A DNA stretch of 64,000 nucleotides from Nitrosopumilus sp. (GTDB lineage: Archaea; Thermoproteota; Nitrososphaeria; Nitrososphaerales; Nitrosopumilaceae). Below are positions 31,966 through 41,900 of the stretch, piece after piece (position 1 is the first letter of the stretch; each line of letters opens with the position of its first letter). The notes under the pieces were generated by a model. The model made no database searches. It worked only from the letters and a program-made list of their open reading frames with translations, and was not told the DNA's origin. The stretch spans positions 1,760,001 to 1,824,000 of the forward strand of contig OZ252243.1 of the NCBI GenBank assembly GCA_965249555.1, written 5' to 3'. The position numbers and the translations under genes were made by a program.

Positions 31966-32366
31966 ACTTGGTAAACCCATATGGGCAGATGGGATAATTC
32001 TAAACTAATTTCAAAAAATGAGTTTGTAGTTTCTCAAAAAATCCTTTTGTTATTAATTGGCGGTTCCTTCCCTGCTGGAATGTTTGCCATGCCTCATTTG
32101 CCATCCTGGCTTTTTTTTATTAAAATTCTTTGAGCTTATTGATCAGGATGCTCTTTTATTTTTACATATACACAAAACAAAAAGGTCCGAAATACCTCCA
32201 ATACCCTATTAATTCTTAAATGCTTTTTAGTCTTACATTATGTTATGCGAACAAGTAATCCCAAATATAGAAAGTACATGTATGCTTTAATGGGTGTGTG
32301 TGCTGCAATTATACTATTAGTGAATATGTAATTTTAAACGGTCTTTGAATTTATTTAAAATTCCAT

Positions 32367-32621
32367 TCAACTGTTGTATGCAATTAAGATATTTTCAGGT
32401 CTGTGTGCAGATTTGATTAGTTGGGATGGAATCTCTTTCCAAATACCCCTCTGTTGCAATTCCTGGAATCGCAGATATGCAGTAGATTTTGAGCCGTATT
32501 TCTCTGGCATGTCTGCCCACCTGCAACCCATAGTTAATACAAGCAATATTCCGTTGATTATTGTTCTGTCACTATTCCTTACTCTTCCAGTTTTGGCAGA
32601 TGTGATGCAATTGTGCTCCAT
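32367..32621 (-). pseudogene. IS5-family transposase N-terminal fragment
   Basis: TGR...DRTIINGILLVLTMGCRWADMPEKYG.KSTAYLRF...GIW (DUF4096-like); no DDE domain follows. Confidence 0.85.
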
Positions 32622-32831
32622 TGAGCATCTGACATTTCTTTATGAATCATGAAGACATGTCTGTGTTGTTGGATCCATATTATCATCAAATATTTACAAA
32701 ATGATCAGTTTTAGGATGAGTTGGAAATCATCTAAGAAAATATTTGACAAAACTCCAATTATTATGTAATTACTATTTGTTTAACCAAAAACAATAATGA
32801 CTGTTTAGGCATAAAATATTAGGATTTTAAA

Positions 32832-33265
32832 TTATTTTGTACTTTCCATTTTTTCAATGTTTGTAATAGCTTGCATGATGACATTGTAAATTGATTTTCC
32901 GTAATTACTGTATTTTTGATACTTGAATATTTTTGTTACAACTGGTTTTACCGTAATTTTAAAACCATCAGAAGTTATATATTCTTGAATTTCTATTTTC
33001 TATTCTTCAAATTTTTGTTCTTCTCCTTTGTCTTGAGAAGTCCAAGGTTCGGCAGATGTACGTTTTAAACCATCAGGTACAATTACAGTAACTGCATTCA
33101 GGGTATCTAATACTTGATCTGAATAGCCTTCTGGAGTAAAATTAGGATTAAAAAAGATTTTTTTACTACTATTTCTTTAATCAAAGTTCCATCTCCGTGA
33201 ATGGTAAACCTACTGTAATCTTCTTTGAGTACAACAAAATCAGTTTCTTTAGAAATAACTTGTAT
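32832..33265 (-). pseudogene. Decayed tandem-domain protein downstream of hicA
   Basis: Reconstruction across two frameshifts and a TAG: QVISKETDFVVLKEDYSRFTIHGDGTLIK/IVVKKIFFNPNFTPEGY.../KFEE*KIEIQEYITSDGFKITVKPVVTKIFKYQKYSNYGKSIYNV.... Confidence 0.6.
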
Positions 33266-33276
33266 AATTTATCAAA

Positions 33277-33501
33277 TTAAAAATCCTGTATAAATTGTTC
33301 TCTACTAATTTCGGTTTGACTTAGAATTGCATTTAATGTACCTATATCAAGTTCAGAATGTAACGAAACAGTTGTTCGTCTTACATCGGAATGAATCATT
33401 CTTACATGACTTTCACCACTTTTTCGTCTTTTACCTTCAAAACCTTGTTTTGTTAAAAATTTAATCATCTCCTTACCTGAGACCATAGGCATTTGTGGCA
33501 C
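33277..33501 (-). CDS. hicA: HicA-family toxin (mRNA interferase)
   Basis: SGKEMIKFLTKQGF...GESHVRM...TTVSLH.ELDIGTLNAILSQ pattern. Confidence 0.85.
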   Translation of the reverse strand: MPQMPMVSGKEMIKFLTKQGFEGKRRKSGESHVRMIHSDVRRTTVSLHSELDIGTLNAILSQTEISREQFIQDF

Positions 33502-33779
33502 TAGAAGGATTTTTTTATTGTGACATTAAATTCTTTAGGTTCATCATTACTATCTACTTCTAATGCAGTTTCAATGGCATCAATAATATTTAATTCAAGT
33601 TTTTTCAAAGTTTTACTTTGAGTTACAATACCGATCTCATTATTTTTTGCAACAAAAAATCCATCGTGTCCTTTCTCCACAATTACTATAAAATTATCTC
33701 GTTTTGATACAGCTGTTCGTGAATAAATTCCAGATTTTAATTTATTTGATTCAGACATTGGTGATGACATATTTTTCAC
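33501..33779 (-). CDS. hicB: Short HicB-like antitoxin
   Basis: VIVEKGHDGFFVA...GIVTQSKTLKKLELNIIDAI (partial RNase H fold of HicB); stop overlaps the hicA start. Confidence 0.75.
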   Translation of the reverse strand: MKNMSSPMSESNKLKSGIYSRTAVSKRDNFIVIVEKGHDGFFVAKNNEIGIVTQSKTLKKLELNIIDAIETALEVDSNDEPKEFNVTIKKSF

Positions 33780-33829
33780 TTATTCCTAATAAGGTCAACA
33801 TATGATTACCTAATATGTAAACGGATTCC

Positions 33830-33885
33830 GGCTCTGGCCAGTTCTGACCATTAACTATGCTAGATCACCAAAACTGACCAGAGCC
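33830..33885. mobile_element. 56-bp MITE-like element with 17-bp inverted termini
   Basis: GGCTCTGGCCAGTTCTG...CAAAACTGACCAGAGCC (15/17 match); an inverted, partial second copy at 37054-37102. Confidence 0.6.
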
Positions 33886-33889
33886 AATA

Positions 33890-34425
33890 ATGAAAAATCA
33901 TACATTACAATTTTATTCATTATTACAAGCATCGGAATGTCATTGGCAATAGTCAATGATATGGCAGTATCTGGTGATTTTATCGCATATGCTGCTGAAT
34001 CAAAAAATGTTTTCCCTGATGTTTCCAAGCAAATCATGCCTGATAATATGGGATACAGTCATTATGCCGATTTCAGATACACTGATTTGAATTATTATTC
34101 TGAGCTATGTAAAGATGAAAATAATGATTTGCAGGTTCCAACAATCAATCTGAGGGTCAATCCTACTTGGGACAAGTACACTTTTGGTTCACCGATTTCA
34201 GGTAGTGGTATTATTGCAGATGGTTCTGATTTTGCCATTTTAAAAATAACTGATATTGGTGGTAATAGTGTAGGTTATGAGCTTCGTGTAAACCTTGATG
34301 GAACATTTTGGATATTCATGGAGAGATCAGACATGTTTTATTATGATGCTCTTTATGGGAAATATGTTGTGACTGTCCAATATGGCAACCAATGTGTCAT
34401 GAAGACAATAACTTATCACAGATAA
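33890..34425 (+). pseudogene. Exported hypothetical protein with frameshift in the signal peptide
   Basis: Adding one A to the A5 run after ATG 33890 gives MKKSYITILFIITSIGMSLAIV..., in frame with ORF 33937..34425. Confidence 0.55.
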
Positions 34426-34637
34426 AATATTAGACGATTAGGTACACTACCAAATTCTTAGAGTAAACCCTTATGAAATTTGTGATAATTATTAGCTAAT
34501 CTGCTAACGAGTTGATATGTGTAATTTTACCGTATACATTGTAACGAGGAGCCGTCATTTTACGTCATAACATGATTGGTTTGGAAAACATTATGTCTCG
34601 TTCTAGAATTCAGATGTTTTTTCGTTTTCTTTTATAA

Positions 34638-36125
34638 CTATAATTTTAATTTGAATACTTGATAGTATTGATTTTCATATATTATATTATAGTGATCTTT
34701 TAACACATCAATATTTTCTGACCAAAACTTTGCAGCATTAGCAGAGTCTGAGTTAGGTTCTAATCCTAATATGACCCACTTGTTATGTTCCCACGGTTCT
34801 TTGAAAAATGATTCAGAAAGAAATGATTCTATTCCTTCATTATAATAAACTAAATCCACACCTGATGAAATCATAATTCTATGTGCCTGTGCTTTACCAG
34901 TAATTATCAAAATTTTTCCATCATCATAATTCTGATAAAGAAAATCAGATGTTTGTTTTGAAAATGGAGTTTGTTTGTAATTCCATCCACCATATGCATC
35001 AATATATGTCACTACCCCAAAAGTAGGACTGGTGATCTGAAACACAAACAAAGCAGTAACAATAATGCCTAAAACCAATTTCTTGCGGATTTTTTCTAAT
35101 CGTAACAATGCAATAGAGGCTAAAGCAATTGCAAGTGGCGCTAAAAATGTTGCAAATCGTGAGTTAAACCATGATAAATTCATCTCTCCTATGCCAATTA
35201 ACATGGTAAGCAAAGTAAACAAAACAGGCAGAGACATGAAAAAATAAATAAAAGTTGGAACTGTTTTTATTTTTTCTCGTAAATATGCAAAATATCCCCC
35301 TACTGCAAAAAGTAATAAGATAGGACCAAAAATCATAGTTGCAGCAGCCCCATAAACAAAGAGAACGTTTTGTGGTTGAAGATACAAAAAGGCCCTATGT
35401 GGTCTTTCTACAGCTTGTGATGATGCTGCATAAAACTCTGCATTTGCAAATTCAAGTGGATTATCAAAAGTTAATTGATGCCATCCAACCCAAAATAATA
35501 TTCCCGAAAATGAAATAAGTGAAATTAAAATTACGACAATTACTCTTTTATCTCTACTTTTTTTGATTGCAAAAATAATTGTAAATAATACTAGAACTGG
35601 AGCCAATACCCATGCTTCATACCTGCACAAGGTTGCAAGAGAAATAAAGATAGATGAAAGTAAAATATATTTAAAATTAATATCAAATCGTAATTGTATT
35701 AGAAATTTCTGTAAAAAATACACTGATGCTATAAAGAATAACAAGAATGGCGCTTCAGTCATAGCAGTAACTCCCAAGTACAACAAGTTTGGGTTTGATG
35801 CGTATAGTAACCCTCCAACTATTGCAATCCATGGTCTTTTAGTTTGAGTGAAAATAATTTTATAAATTAAAACAGATGTCAATGCATGTAGTGGTAAATT
35901 TACTAGTCCTGCAAGACCTGAGCTAAACAAGGAATCCACTAGAGAAAATGGTAACATCATAAGATGAGGCAATGGAAGCCAAACTGGTCCTAATTGTATT
36001 ATTTCCGGATTATTAGAGTCAACAAAACTTCTTGCCTTTTGTAAATGCGATACAGCATCTCCGTAGTATAACAAAGAATTCTCATCAATTAGAAATAATA
36101 TTCCAACTGTGGTAGTTTCCATCAA
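34638..36125 (-). CDS. GT-C (PMT/ArnT, GT39-like) membrane glycosyltransferase
   Basis: YGDAVSHL..AR, QLGPVWLPLPH, NPNLLYL...MTE, RYEAW; multiple TM helices. Confidence 0.8.
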   Translation of the reverse strand: MMETTTVGILFLIDENSLLYYGDAVSHLQKARSFVDSNNPEIIQLGPVWLPLPHLMMLPFSLVDSLFSSGLAGLVNLPLHALTSVLIYKIIFTQTKRPWIAIVGGLLYASNPNLLYLGVTAMTEAPFLLFFIASVYFLQKFLIQLRFDINFKYILLSSIFISLATLCRYEAWVLAPVLVLFTIIFAIKKSRDKRVIVVILISLISFSGILFWVGWHQLTFDNPLEFANAEFYAASSQAVERPHRAFLYLQPQNVLFVYGAAATMIFGPILLLFAVGGYFAYLREKIKTVPTFIYFFMSLPVLFTLLTMLIGIGEMNLSWFNSRFATFLAPLAIALASIALLRLEKIRKKLVLGIIVTALFVFQITSPTFGVVTYIDAYGGWNYKQTPFSKQTSDFLYQNYDDGKILIITGKAQAHRIMISSGVDLVYYNEGIESFLSESFFKEPWEHNKWVILGLEPNSDSANAAKFWSENIDVLKDHYNIIYENQYYQVFKLKL

Positions 36126-36279
36126 AATGACAACAATGAAAATTATGCTCGAAACTTTTGCTGTATTTTGAAGAGTGGTTGACAGTTACTAGTTCACAAA
36201 TTTCTAATTTAATAATCTTTCATAGATAGTATGAAATAGGATTATTTTAGAATCCATTTAGATAATAATTGACAGAAAA

Positions 36280-36522
36280 TCATAGTTTCCTTAATAATGT
36301 GGATCTGGGTTTGTCCGGCTCTATGTCTTCATGCATGTCCACGTTGCTGACAACCCTTGCCTTGTAGCTTAGCCATCTGTTTTGCATGTTGCGAAACTTA
36401 TGATTCCCATCAATTGGTTTTTCTGTCTCTTCAAATTTCTCACAATTCATAATGTATTTTCCAGAAACCCTAAACATCTCTGCAACACCTTTTCCTAGTG
36501 TCTCATCATCCAAATAATTCAT
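36280..36522 (-). pseudogene. C-terminal fragment of a class I SAM-methyltransferase-like gene
   Basis: NYLDDETLGKGVAEMFRVSGKYI resembles the post-motif-II region (L..l.e..RV.K); the SAM-binding N-terminus is absent. Confidence 0.5.
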
Positions 36523-37052
36523 CAGCCCACCCTTCCATTTCCAATCTTTACCTTGTCTATCTGAGTCACTGATTTTACCTCTGCAGCTGTTCCTGTCATG
36601 AATATATCATCTGCATTGTAAAGATCATCTCGTTCCAGACTGCTCTCAACAACAAAACCGCCGTTCTTCTCAATAATTTGAATAATACTGTCCTTGGTAA
36701 TTCCTGCCAATCCTCCTGCTGAAAGTGGAGGGGTTTGAATAATGTCATCTTTGACAATGAAAATATTCTCTGCACTGCCTTCTGCAACTTTGCCGTGATA
36801 ATTTAACATGATAGCCTCGTCGTATCCATTTTCTAGCGCTTCCATTCTTGCAAGAGCCGCATTTGCATAGTTTGATGCTGCTTGCACTGTTTTTATAATT
36901 GCATCAGTAATTGTTTCCTTTGAGAATTGCATCTTCATTGAGTATAATTTTGCAGATTTAAAAAATCTGTCAACATGTTCTGGCAGTCTAAAAATCGCCT
37001 ATCCCTTCAAAGTATTATAGCATCTGATCCCTTCAAAAACTGATGTCGAATA
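36522..37052 (-). pseudogene. ilvE: Branched-chain amino acid aminotransferase remnant
   Basis: YSTSVFEGIRCY, in-frame TAG at 36999-37001, FRLPEHVDRF, internal deletion (KTVQA joined to ASNYAN), EGSAENIF, GITKDS, FMTGTAAEV; truncated at both ends. Confidence 0.88.
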
Positions 37053-37053
37053 G

Positions 37054-37102
37054 GGCTCTGGTCAGTTCTGGTGATCTAGCATAGATAGTGGTCAGAAGTG
37101 AC
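37054..37102. mobile_element. Second, partial copy of the GGCTCTGGTCAG mini-element
   Basis: GGCTCTGGTCAGTTCTGGTGATCTAGCATAGATAGTGGTCAGAA closely matches the reverse complement of 33830-33885; abuts the ilvE 5' truncation. Confidence 0.6.
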
Positions 37103-37313
37103 AAATATGGATCTTCTCAAGATTGCCCGACCCCCTTGAAAAAACCCCTGGTCAGAAGTGATATAAAAAATTCTTGAATACTCCCATACGAAATCGTCTC
37201 CAACCCTACTGAGGACACTTACTAGCGTGCTTTGCTGAATCAGGACATCTCAGATATGCCTTGCATCTTATACTTTTGCTGTGTCAGTTCATGATTTTGT
37301 GTACGATACACTT

Positions 37314-38279
37314 TCAGAATTTGTTAGCATGTACCCGGATTATTGCAAGCATCCGGTCTTGCAGCTGCCACCTTTGTTTTCTTCTCTTTGCAATTCTGAA
37401 ATAGAATGATTCCATTCTTTCATCAAATCGTACTGTAGTATTTGCAGCCTCTACCATTGCGTTACGTAACCATGCAGAACCCCTCTTTGTTATTCCGCCT
37501 CCTCGGTGCACATCTGCATTCCTGTGCGATGGCGCAAGTCCTGCATATGAGACTAGTTTTTCTGCTGATGCAAATCTGCTGATGTCAACTATCTCTGAAA
37601 TTATTGTCAATGCCGTGACATAGTTTATTCCAGGAATGGTCATTAGTAGTCTTGTTTTCTCATCCTCATTACTGCAATCTTTATCTCAATTGTGTTGATC
37701 TGTTTTTGCGTCATATCTATGGTATCAAGATATGCATCCATTGCCATTCTATCAGATTAATTTCATGCAACCATCGTACTCCTTTCTGCGAGAATGTCTT
37801 TGTTGTAGGCTGGGTGTAATCATATTTTGCAAGTATTGCATAAATCATGTTTTTGTGTCTTGAGACACTTCGCACGCGATTCAGTCTGGTTCTTACCAGA
37901 CTGTATAGTCTCTATAGTATTTTTCTGGTACGAATGAGCTGTACACCATGTCTGCTCTTAGCAAGTCTGCCAATACGTCTGAATCAAGTTTGTCGTTTTT
38001 GAGCTTTGCCTGTACAATTATCTTGGTCTTTGCAGGATGTGCAAGAATTGTATCAATTCCATGGTCCTCTAGTGTGTCATGTAGTCTGATCCAATAGTTT
38101 GCAGTTGATTCGCACACTGCCTGTATGTCATTGCCATATGTCTTTTTGACGTGTTTGATAAAACCCATTATTCCATTTGTGGTATTATCAAAGCTTGTCT
38201 GCTCTAGCTTCTCTCTGGATTCCCGTTTTATTGTTGCAACACATTTCTTCTTGTGAATATTAATTCCTATGCTGATCAT
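37314..38279 (-). pseudogene. IS110 recombinase pseudogene
   Basis: GINIHK (first Asp changed to Asn), VCEST, KNDKLD; TIPGI...YAGLAP; several frameshifts; the Ser of RDSA is lost by a 3-bp deletion. Confidence 0.9.
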
Positions 38280-38309
38280 ACCATCACCTCCTTTTTGATC
38301 AAATTGCCT

Positions 38310-38465
38310 GATCTAGCGGAATACTCCCATTCACCATCTATGTGGTATTTTGTTTTCCGCTCACTTTGAGTTAGTCTGTCAAACGCCCTTGTACATGGCA
38401 ATATTCATTCAACTCTCAGGCCCAACAGTAGGTATACATCACAAGATATGAAAAAGATTTCGTAT
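38310..38465 (-). ncRNA. Predicted IS110 bridge RNA (copy 1)
   Basis: Two internal-loop hairpins (GAGTT/AACTC with inner GCC/GGC; GCGGAA/TTCCGC with inner ACCA/TGGT) whose loop strands match the target and donor junctions. Ends approximate. Confidence 0.75.
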
Positions 38466-38951
38466 AACGTCTATCAAGTCGAAATTTCCCAAAATATGTA
38501 CTGTATAGTTTTGGTGATCTGTATGGGGAAAGTTCAGCATGAAATTCAATTCAGAGAGAAGATTCACATCTCTATATTGTGCTAGGATCCCTTAACAGCA
38601 GTTGGCAAAGTCTGCATTGAGGGCTTTTTGCCAAAAGGGAGGGGGCATGGCAAAGCATCATGGAGTGAGCCCGGGCAAATTTTTACCATACGCCGAAGGT
38701 GGAATACAGAAACTAATTCATTTGATCCGTTGCAAGTGTATGGGGGTATGATGCCCAATCACCATTTTTAGGCATTGGCATTCCACTGTGAAAAATACGA
38801 TCAAAATTATGAGATCCCTTGAATCTCATTTTACAAAACTTTACACATATGCATATCTGAGCTATGCCCAAATTACTCACGATTGCCAAATTACAAGCTT
38901 AAAAAATCAACCTTTAAACCTTTTATAACTACAAATTATTTTTGATACAAT

Positions 38952-41900
38952 GTGAATAAAATGTTATTTAATGCGTTAGTGGGGGGGGGGGTTGTCCTGT
39001 TTGCCATATCACTTCTTGCAAGTGCTGAGGCTCAAGCCCCAATTGCACCTGTCCCTCCTGTAATTGAAGAAGGAGAAATCTTTTCGACAAACATTGAGAT
39101 TACATGGGGTGTGGTGGATGGTGCCACATCATACACAGTGTACAGAAACGGCGCTAACCGAGGAACTACTACTGATACATCATTCATTGATTATGGTTTA
39201 ACTCCTAATACAGAGTACACTTTTCGTGTCGTAGCACACAATAGTGCAGGCCAGACAGCAAACTCTGCTTTTTTTAAAGTATCTACCACATCTGCACCGA
39301 CCTCTTTTAGTGCCCCAGCACCAACTTATGCAGATACTCAGACGGCAATCGAGGACGGCACTATTAGTATTGAAAAGAATAATTCCAGAGACGATCAAAT
39401 AGATATATCTTTTGTACCGAAACAAGTCGGTGTATATTCTATTGAATATGGTGCTTTCAATACTGAAACTGTTAGTGTTAGTAGTGGTCAGACAGATATA
39501 CGTAAAGTTGTACCCCCAATAACGATAGGTTATGGTTTTGATCAAGATATCATCATTTCCTTTAGAGAAGGAACATCTGATCTAGTTGAAGTTGCAAGGG
39601 CACATGTAACGACTGTACCTACACCAACTCCTACACCTAGAGTAACAGATGTCACTTCGACAAGTATAACGATTGAATGGGATGCAGTGGCTGGTGCCGG
39701 ATACGATATCTTTAGAAATGGCGTGGAACAAATAACTATCACTGGTTCATCATACCATGATGATGAATTAGATCCCGAAACAACTTACACTTATACTATC
39801 AGACCAAATTACATAAACAATACTGTTGGGCCCACTTCTGCTCCATTGGTTGTAACCACCTTGGAATTACCACCTGCTACTCCAGCACTTGTACTGGGAG
39901 AAGTCACTGACACAAGTATAGCACTTTCATGGGGTGCAGTGGATAATGCCGACAGTTACACTTTGACCAGAATTGTTGCAGGCGGTAATATAGTAGTGGT
40001 ATCCAGCAATGTATTGACTGCCATTGATACTGGCCTGGCTCCTGCAACTGATTACAAGTATGTCATTGTGGCAACAAATACTGCCGGGACAAGTACTCCT
40101 TCTGCAGAGTTTGCAGCATCTACAACTGCAGCACCAATTGATACTACACCACCAGTAATCACAGTAACTCCAGAAGAAATCACTCTTGAACTAAACTCAC
40201 CTGCACCAACACTTCTTACTGGAGTCGAAACTGATGATGGCTCTGCAATTACTATATCCGGAACTGTTGATGTTACCACAGTAAACGATTACACTATCAC
40301 TTATTCCTCAACTGATGGTACAAACCCAGCTGTTGATAAAACCAGAATATACAAAGTAACTGATACCATACCACCAGTAATCACAGTAACTCCAGAAGAA
40401 ATAACTCTTGAACTAAACTCACCTGCACCAACACTTCTTACTGGAGTCGAAACTGATGATGGCTCTGCAATTACTATATCCGGAACTGTTGATGTTACCA
40501 CAGTAAACGATTACACTATCACTTATTCCTCAACTGATGGTACAAACCCAGCTGTTGATAAAACCAGAATATACAAAGTAACTGATACCATACCACCAGT
40601 AATCACAGTAACTCCAGAAGAAATAACTCTTGAACTAAACTCACCTGCACCAACACTTCTTACTGGAGTCGAAACTGATGATGGCTCTGCAATTACTATA
40701 TCCGGAACTGTTGATGTTACCACAGTAAACGATTACACTATCACTTATTCCTCAACTGATGGTACAAACCCAGCTGTTGATAAAACCAGAATATACAAAG
40801 TAACTGCAGCACCTGTCCCAATCCAGTTAAATACCATACAAATTAATCAGAATGCTAACGTTATAGATATATCATTTGTACCGCTTCTTGCCGGTACATT
40901 TGATATTTCATATGCTGGTTCAACCCCACAACCACAAACTATCGATTCGGCCCAAACAGGTACCGCTTTAGAGTTTTCGGTAACCCTCGATTCTGGTTTT
41001 GCCGGCAATGTCTGCATTGAATTTGATGGTGATGAGATTTCTTGCAGTACAATTCGGATTGAACCTGACGAACCCACACTTGTTCTCGGAGACGTTACTC
41101 ATGATACCATAGGGTTCACATGGAACTCTGTAAATAATGGCCACAATTATATTCTGACCAGAGTTATTGAGGGTACTGATAAAATAGTGGTAGAAGGCAT
41201 CAATGTACTTGCTGGCACTGATGATAACTTGGAACCTGAAACCGAGTACACATATGTAATTTCAGTGAGCACACCTGATGGTGACTTCAATGATGAATAT
41301 AGTCCGTTTTCTGTAACTACACTTGCAGCACCTGCTACTGAAACGCCGGCAATAGAGGCAAACTCTTTTGAGGTTACCAATCCGATAGATACAAACGCAT
41401 TACTTGTAGAGTTTGTAGCCTTAAAGGCAGGCACATTTACGATTACGGCAGGTGCGTTGACTGACACTGTTGATGTAACAGATACAGATGTAACAGATGC
41501 AGCAGTGAAAAGTAAACAGATAACAGTCAACCCTGAATTTGATGGCGATGTAATCCTCTCATTTGACGATGCGACAGTTGCAAGCACACCTGCATCTCTA
41601 CTTGCAATCAGGGCAGGCTCTTTTAGTTATACTGGAGATGCTGCTGGAGATGTAACTGTATCCTTTGTTCCGTTAAGGGCAGGCACATTTACAGTTGAGG
41701 CAGGTGATGCCAGCGATGACATAGTTGTTGGTACTGGCGATATAGGTAACACTGTATCATCCGATCCGCTATCCCTTGGCAATGGTTTTGATAGTACTAT
41801 TCTCATTTTATTGAATAATCATGTATATCTAAGGCCATCAGTATTGACTCTACCTGGCATCCCGACACTTGAGGTAGAAACCCCTACTCATAACAGTGTA

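Larger units (their letters stand above)
37181..38472 (-). mobile_element. IS110-family element, copy 1 (inactive recombinase)
   Basis: Near-identical to 52956-54250; CT dinucleotide at both ends; DEDD and Transposase_20 ORF fragments; no long terminal inverted repeats. Confidence 0.93.

Noticed and set aside
36999-37001. In-frame TAG in ilvE as pyrrolysine or readthrough
   Set aside because: The gene has multiple other lesions, and no pyl machinery is seen.
38473-38482. Shared TCAAGT.GA flank as part of the IS110 element
   Set aside because: The CT duplication at both ends and complementarity to the right target guide explain it better as target sequence; more copies are needed to exclude it fully.
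40149-40806. 222-bp repeats as CRISPR or a mobile repeat
   Set aside because: They are in-frame coding domain repeats without spacers.
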